Program-made: the position numbers and the translations under genes
Part shown: positions 47,948-51,970 of the stretch, one piece after another
How the letters are laid out: the number at the start of each line of letters is the position of its first letter
How positions within the stretch are numbered: position 1 is the first letter of the stretch
The notes under the pieces: generated by a model
Databases searched by the model: none
Seen by the model: the letters and a program-made list of their open reading frames with translations, nothing else
Told to the model about the DNA's origin: nothing
DNA from: Patescibacteria group bacterium
Lineage (GTDB): Bacteria > Patescibacteriota > Patescibacteriia > 2-02-FULL-49-11
Assembly: GCA_041645165.1 (NCBI GenBank)
Contig: JBAZQN010000001.1
Coordinates: 1 to 51,970, forward strand
DNA length: 51,970 bases
Direction of reading: 5' to 3'

Positions 47948-50608
47948 ATGAATGAAGAATTTACCCCGTTACCAGAACGCTACGGTCGTAAGACTATGGA
48001 TGAATGTTTATCAACCCCAAAGGGGAATGATGACCAATATCATGGCCGTAAGCCCATAGTAACGGGGTTTACCTTTCAAGGTCTCACGGAGCAAGAAGCG
48101 CGTGAAAGGCTGAGACAAGAGGGATACAATGAAATTCCTTCCGAGAAACGGCAGGGGATTTTGGCGCTCTTTTTCAAGGTGCTGCGGGAACCCATGCTCC
48201 TCATGCTGCTCATCGCGGGCACTATTTACTTATTCCTCGGAGATGCACGGGAGGCGCTCATGCTGCTCACCTTTATTGCGGTAGTGATTGGCATTACTTT
48301 TCTCCAAGAGCGTAAAACGGAAAAGGCAGTCGAAGCCTTGCGCAACCTGTCGAGCCCGCGCGCGCTCGTGATCCGCGACGGCAAGGAAATGAGGATCTCG
48401 GGACGCGAGGTGGTAAGGGGCGATCTGGTGGTAGTGAGGGAGGGGGATCGGGTGCCTGCGGATGCCATGGTGCTCTCGTGCGAACATTTGTCGGTGGACG
48501 AGTCGTTGCTTACCGGCGAATCGCAAGCAGTCAGAAAATCAGAAGGGAAGGAGAATCATCTTGCGGTCGCGCGTCCGGGAGGGGATGATCTTCCGTTCGT
48601 GTATTCGGGCACCATGGTAGTACAGGGACGGGGCATCACAAGAGTAGCCGCCACGGGTGCGCATACCCAGATGGGCAAGATTGGGAAATCGCTCGCCGCG
48701 ATCCGTGAAGAAGACACGCTTCTCAAGAAGGAAACAAACAAAATCATCCGCGTCGTTGTGGCCATAGGCGCGTTCCTCTGCATCATCGTTGTGTTGCTCA
48801 TCGGTTTGAGCCGCGGCAACTGGCTCGAAGGATTCCTTGCAGGATTGACCTTGAGTATGGCAATGCTGCCGGAAGAATTTTCAGTGGTCCTTATCGTATT
48901 CCTCACGCTCGGTGCGTGGCGTATTTCCAAAAGGAACGTGTTGGCGCGGCATATGCCCGCCATTGAGACGCTCGGCGCGGCGACGGTCTTGTGTGTAGAC
49001 AAGACAGGCACGCTTACCAAAAATCAAATGACCTTGAAAGAACTCTCAAGCAACGGAATGTATGAGGAAATTACCTCTAAAGACGGACAAGCTCTTCCTG
49101 AGCAATTTCATGAGCTCATAGAGTACGGCATGCTCGCGAGCCAGACAGAACCCTTTGATCCGCTTGAAAAGGAGCTCCTGCGTTTGGGATCCATTTTATT
49201 AAGCCAGACTGAGCATATCCATAAGGATTGGGAATTAGTAAAAGAATATCCGCTTTCAAAGGAGTTGCTCGCGCTCTCGCACGTGTGGAAGTCTCCTGAT
49301 GGGGAACAATATGTCATTGCGGTAAAAGGATCGCCTGAAGCGATCACGGATCTCTGCCACAGTACTCCGCAGCAGATAGGAGAAATTGAGAGGCAGGTGG
49401 AAGCAATGTCACGGAAGGGATTGAGGATATTGGGAGTGGCAAAAGCGATATTTAAAAAAGTCCATCTGCCCACCACGCAGCATGTCTTTGCATTTGAATT
49501 CGTGGGGCTTTTAGGTTTTGCTGATCCTTTGCGTTCCTCCGTGCCTGAGGCGGTAAATGATGCACAACGGGCGGGCATGCGCATTATCATGGTGAGCGGG
49601 GATTATCCCGGCACCGCGCAGGCGATCGCGCGGGAAGCAGGGCTCCGCAGCCCTGAATATTTCCTCACCGGTCCGGAACTCGAAACGATGGATGAAGCGG
49701 CGCTGCGCGAGAAAGTCAAAACAGTGAATATATTCGCGCGGATAATGCCGGAACAAAAGTTGGCGCTTGTGGAAGCGCTGAAAGCGAACGGCGAAATTGT
49801 GGCCATGACAGGCGATGGGGTGAACGACGCGCCCGCGCTCAAGTCCGCACACATCGGCATAGCTATGGGAGCGCGGGGGACTGATGTCGCGCGCGAGGCG
49901 TCCGATCTTGTGCTTCTTGACGACGATTTTTCATCTATTGTGAGTGCCGTGCGGCTCGGCAGGAGAATTTTTGACAACCTGAAGAAAGCGATGGGTTACA
50001 TCGTTGCGGTGCACGTCCCCATCGCGGGCATGTCGCTTCTGCCTGTGGCGCTGCATCTCCCTCTCGCGCTGTTGCCTGCGCATATTGCGTTTCTCGAGCT
50101 CATCATTGATCCCGCCTGTTCCGTGGTATTTGAGGCAGAACCGGAAGAGCGCGACGTGATGGAGCGCCCGCCCCGCAATCTCAAAAAGCCATTGTTAAGC
50201 AGGATGACGGTGGGGGTAAGCCTCCTGCAAGGATTGAGCGTCCTCGCTGTGGTATTCGCGATGTTTCAAATCGCCCTCATGATGGGGAAGGGGGAGGCTG
50301 ATGCGCGGACCTTGGCATTTTCCACGCTGGTGTTTGCTAATATCTTCCTCATCATTACGAATCTTTCATCTACACAAGGATTAGTGCGCACGCTCCGCAC
50401 GGGCAACAAGACTTTGCACTGGATTGCGGCAGGAACCCTTCTCGCTCTTTTAATCGTGCTCTATACGCCTCCTTTGCGGAATTTGTTCCATTTCAGCGTG
50501 TTTCATGTGAGCGACCTCATCGTCACGTTTATCGCGGGGATCGCGAGCCTCCTGTGGTTTGAAGGGTTTAAGATAATACGAAGGATATTCGTCTCATCAC
50601 GTGTTTAG
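47948..50608 (+). CDS. P-type cation-transporting ATPase (type II, Ca2+/Mg2+-ATPase-like)
   Basis: N-terminal GLTEQEARERLRQEGYNEI, TGES, DKTGTLT, MVSGDYPGTA, TGDGVNDAPAL, and 10-TM-type topology. Confidence 0.9.
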   Translation: MNEEFTPLPERYGRKTMDECLSTPKGNDDQYHGRKPIVTGFTFQGLTEQEARERLRQEGYNEIPSEKRQGILALFFKVLREPMLLMLLIAGTIYLFLGDAREALMLLTFIAVVIGITFLQERKTEKAVEALRNLSSPRALVIRDGKEMRISGREVVRGDLVVVREGDRVPADAMVLSCEHLSVDESLLTGESQAVRKSEGKENHLAVARPGGDDLPFVYSGTMVVQGRGITRVAATGAHTQMGKIGKSLAAIREEDTLLKKETNKIIRVVVAIGAFLCIIVVLLIGLSRGNWLEGFLAGLTLSMAMLPEEFSVVLIVFLTLGAWRISKRNVLARHMPAIETLGAATVLCVDKTGTLTKNQMTLKELSSNGMYEEITSKDGQALPEQFHELIEYGMLASQTEPFDPLEKELLRLGSILLSQTEHIHKDWELVKEYPLSKELLALSHVWKSPDGEQYVIAVKGSPEAITDLCHSTPQQIGEIERQVEAMSRKGLRILGVAKAIFKKVHLPTTQHVFAFEFVGLLGFADPLRSSVPEAVNDAQRAGMRIIMVSGDYPGTAQAIAREAGLRSPEYFLTGPELETMDEAALREKVKTVNIFARIMPEQKLALVEALKANGEIVAMTGDGVNDAPALKSAHIGIAMGARGTDVAREASDLVLLDDDFSSIVSAVRLGRRIFDNLKKAMGYIVAVHVPIAGMSLLPVALHLPLALLPAHIAFLELIIDPACSVVFEAEPEERDVMERPPRNLKKPLLSRMTVGVSLLQGLSVLAVVFAMFQIALMMGKGEADARTLAFSTLVFANIFLIITNLSSTQGLVRTLRTGNKTLHWIAAGTLLALLIVLYTPPLRNLFHFSVFHVSDLIVTFIAGIASLLWFEGFKIIRRIFVSSRV

Positions 50609-50616
50609 CCCATGAT

Positions 50617-51327
50617 ATGGATTTATCCATTATTGTACCGGTGTATAATGAAGAAGTAATTATGGAGGAGAAAGTGCGCGCGATTGTTGATTTTTTCTCG
50701 ACGCGAAGATTGACGTGGGAATTTATCATCGTGGATGACGGATCAGGAGACGGGACAAGGAGGCTGCTTGAAGCGTGCAAGGAAAAGTACCCGCAGCTTA
50801 ATGTGATTTCGATAACACACAGAGGGAAGGGTGCTGCGGTGCGGGAAGGGTTTTTGAGAGGCACGGGAGACTGGTTGCTGTTTTTCGATGTTGATTTATC
50901 TACGCCGCTCATCATGTTTGACGCTTTTTGGGCAAAGCGCAATGAGAGGAAGGTGCTTATAGGATCGCGGGCACTGCCTGATGCGCACGTGAAAACGCAT
51001 CAATGGTGGCTGAAGGAACGGGTGGGGAAATTCGGCAATACGCTGACCCGTATACTGCTTCCCATACCTTTCCGCGACACGCAGTGCGGGTTTAAGATGT
51101 ACCCGGGCTCATTCCGGCAGCTTCTGCCTTTAAGCGTTACCAATGGCGCGGCGTTTGACATCGAATGGCTTCTCATTGCGGCAAATAATGGGTATGATGT
51201 AGAAGAGATTCCGGTGGAGTGGACGAATCGTGTTGAGAGCAAATTTGGTATGGGAGAATATTTGAAGGCAATCTATGAGCTAGGAAAGGTTGTGGCGATG
51301 CAGAGAAAAGGAAAGTATATTAAATAA
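50617..51327 (+). CDS. Family 2 glycosyltransferase (polyprenyl-phosphate sugar synthase-like)
   Basis: LSIIVPVYNEE, IIVDDGSGDGT, DVDLSTP, RDTQCGFK. Confidence 0.85.
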   Translation: MDLSIIVPVYNEEVIMEEKVRAIVDFFSTRRLTWEFIIVDDGSGDGTRRLLEACKEKYPQLNVISITHRGKGAAVREGFLRGTGDWLLFFDVDLSTPLIMFDAFWAKRNERKVLIGSRALPDAHVKTHQWWLKERVGKFGNTLTRILLPIPFRDTQCGFKMYPGSFRQLLPLSVTNGAAFDIEWLLIAANNGYDVEEIPVEWTNRVESKFGMGEYLKAIYELGKVVAMQRKGKYIK

Positions 51328-51332
51328 TAAGA

Positions 51333-51356
51333 CGTCACAAGGTGGGAGCTGTGACG
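51333..51356. terminator. Hairpin between convergent genes
   Basis: CGTCACA-AGGTGGGAGC-TGTGACG, with only weak T-runs. Confidence 0.35.
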
Positions 51357-51376
51357 CCTTTCCCCGGGAGGTAGGA

Positions 51377-51505
51377 TTATTTCTTACCAGCGTTTTTGCC
51401 AGATTTATGGTACGGCATATTATGACGCTTATTGGTGTGTCGGCCACCACCCTGGTGACCGTCTGCTGGTTTCACCTGCCTTCCCCTTCTCTTCTTCTTT
51501 TTCAC
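51377..51505 (-). CDS. 42-aa highly basic protein (below the ORF-track cutoff)
   Basis: VKKKKRRGRQVKPADGHQGGGRHTNKRHNMPYHKSGKNAGKK. A GTG start has a GGAGGA 3-4 nt upstream, and a hairpin lies downstream. Confidence 0.4.
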   Translation of the reverse strand: MKKKKRRGRQVKPADGHQGGGRHTNKRHNMPYHKSGKNAGKK

Positions 51506-51601
51506 ATATCCTCCATCATTTAAAGGTTAGATATGACGGTGACCTAAACGTAAGAATTAATTTAACAACTGTCAAGTATATTATTGACTTTATTGGTATT
51601 T

Positions 51602-51970
51602 ATGATTATAAACAAAGCCTGGATCGTCGCCGTGGACATGGGCTACGGGCATCAACGGGCGGCGTATCCTTTGAAGCAATACGCGTATGGCGGTGAGATA
51701 GTGAATGCGAATCGCTACCCCGGCATACCCCAGAAAGACAAAAAAATATGGCAGCAGGGCCAGGAAGTGTACGAGTTCATGTCGCGGTTCAAAAAGGTGC
51801 CTGTCATCGGCGAAGCGGCATGGGATCTCTATGACCAGTTCCAGGAGATTGACCCTTTCTATCCGAAACGCGACCTTTCAAGGCCCTCGCTCCAGCTCAA
51901 GAGCACGTATTCTCTCATCCGGAAAAAGCGATGGGGAGAACATTTTATCAAGCGTTTGGCGAAAAATCCT
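51602..51970 (+). CDS. Hypothetical protein, 5' partial view (runs off the window), possibly glycosyltransferase-like
   Basis: The frame stays open from the ATG to the window end: MIINKAWIVAVDMGYGHQRAAYPL. The G-x-GH motif is reminiscent of GT-B lipid glycosyltransferases, but this is a weak call. Confidence 0.4.
   Translation, partial: MIINKAWIVAVDMGYGHQRAAYPLKQYAYGGEIVNANRYPGIPQKDKKIWQQGQEVYEFMSRFKKVPVIGEAAWDLYDQFQEIDPFYPKRDLSRPSLQLKSTYSLIRKKRWGEHFIKRLAKNP

Noticed and set aside
1-51970. CRISPR arrays, rRNA genes, transposases, integrases and prophage genes.
   Set aside because: No series of identical, evenly spaced direct repeats with unique spacers exists. All repeats here are palindromic, or occur two to four times at gene-sized spacing. 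No ORF shows DDE, tyrosine-recombinase or serine-recombinase motifs. No rRNA-like conserved blocks were seen.

Overview
This 52-kb window is a bacterial chromosome segment that reads in the standard genetic code, with long uninterrupted ORFs.

**Likely origin (inference).** The content suggests a small-genome Patescibacteria/CPR-like organism:
- compact housekeeping genes: a bacterial-type AspRS lacking the GAD insertion, ScpA/ScpB, TPI, TypA/BipA, GreA, L33 and MltG;
- many small membrane or secreted proteins;
- an AmmeMemoRadiSam trio;
- palindromic repeats in almost every intergenic spacer.

**Counts.** I support about 45 protein-coding genes and 4 canonical tRNAs: Thr-GGT, Tyr-GTA, Thr-TGT and Trp-CCA. 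There is also one aberrant tRNA-like sequence. Two genes are split by homopolymer frameshifts: apbE and an HtrA-like protease. At least seven families of structured or MITE-like repeats are present. I recognised no rRNA, CRISPR array, transposase or integrase.

**Most interesting observations.**
1. A 1803-aa membrane-anchored alpha-2-macroglobulin-like protein has no thioester. A 129-aa Hint/BIL-type autoprocessing domain sits exactly where the bait region should be, with no +1 nucleophile. Identical 11-bp direct repeats flank its coding sequence. The gene is translationally coupled to a Memo-like::CapA-like fusion.
2. Two copies of a ~222-bp structured element with terminal inverted repeats and TATG flanks are inserted precisely at the start codons of two tiny ribosomal-type genes: rpmG and a 26-aa Lys/Arg-rich ORF. 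One base pair of the terminal stem covaries between the copies.
3. An AT-rich island lies downstream of tRNA-Trp. Degenerate copies of the tRNA 3' end partition it into cassettes encoding surface proteins.
4. Nested palindromic elements show copy-specific compensatory stems. One clear case has a MITE, flanked by TAAGG, inserted in the hairpin loop of another element.
5. A low-GC module of a PD-(D/E)xK-like/DUF5655-like protein plus an acidic wHTH protein is bracketed by these elements.

**Limits.** All family assignments come from motif recognition by eye. No searches were run.
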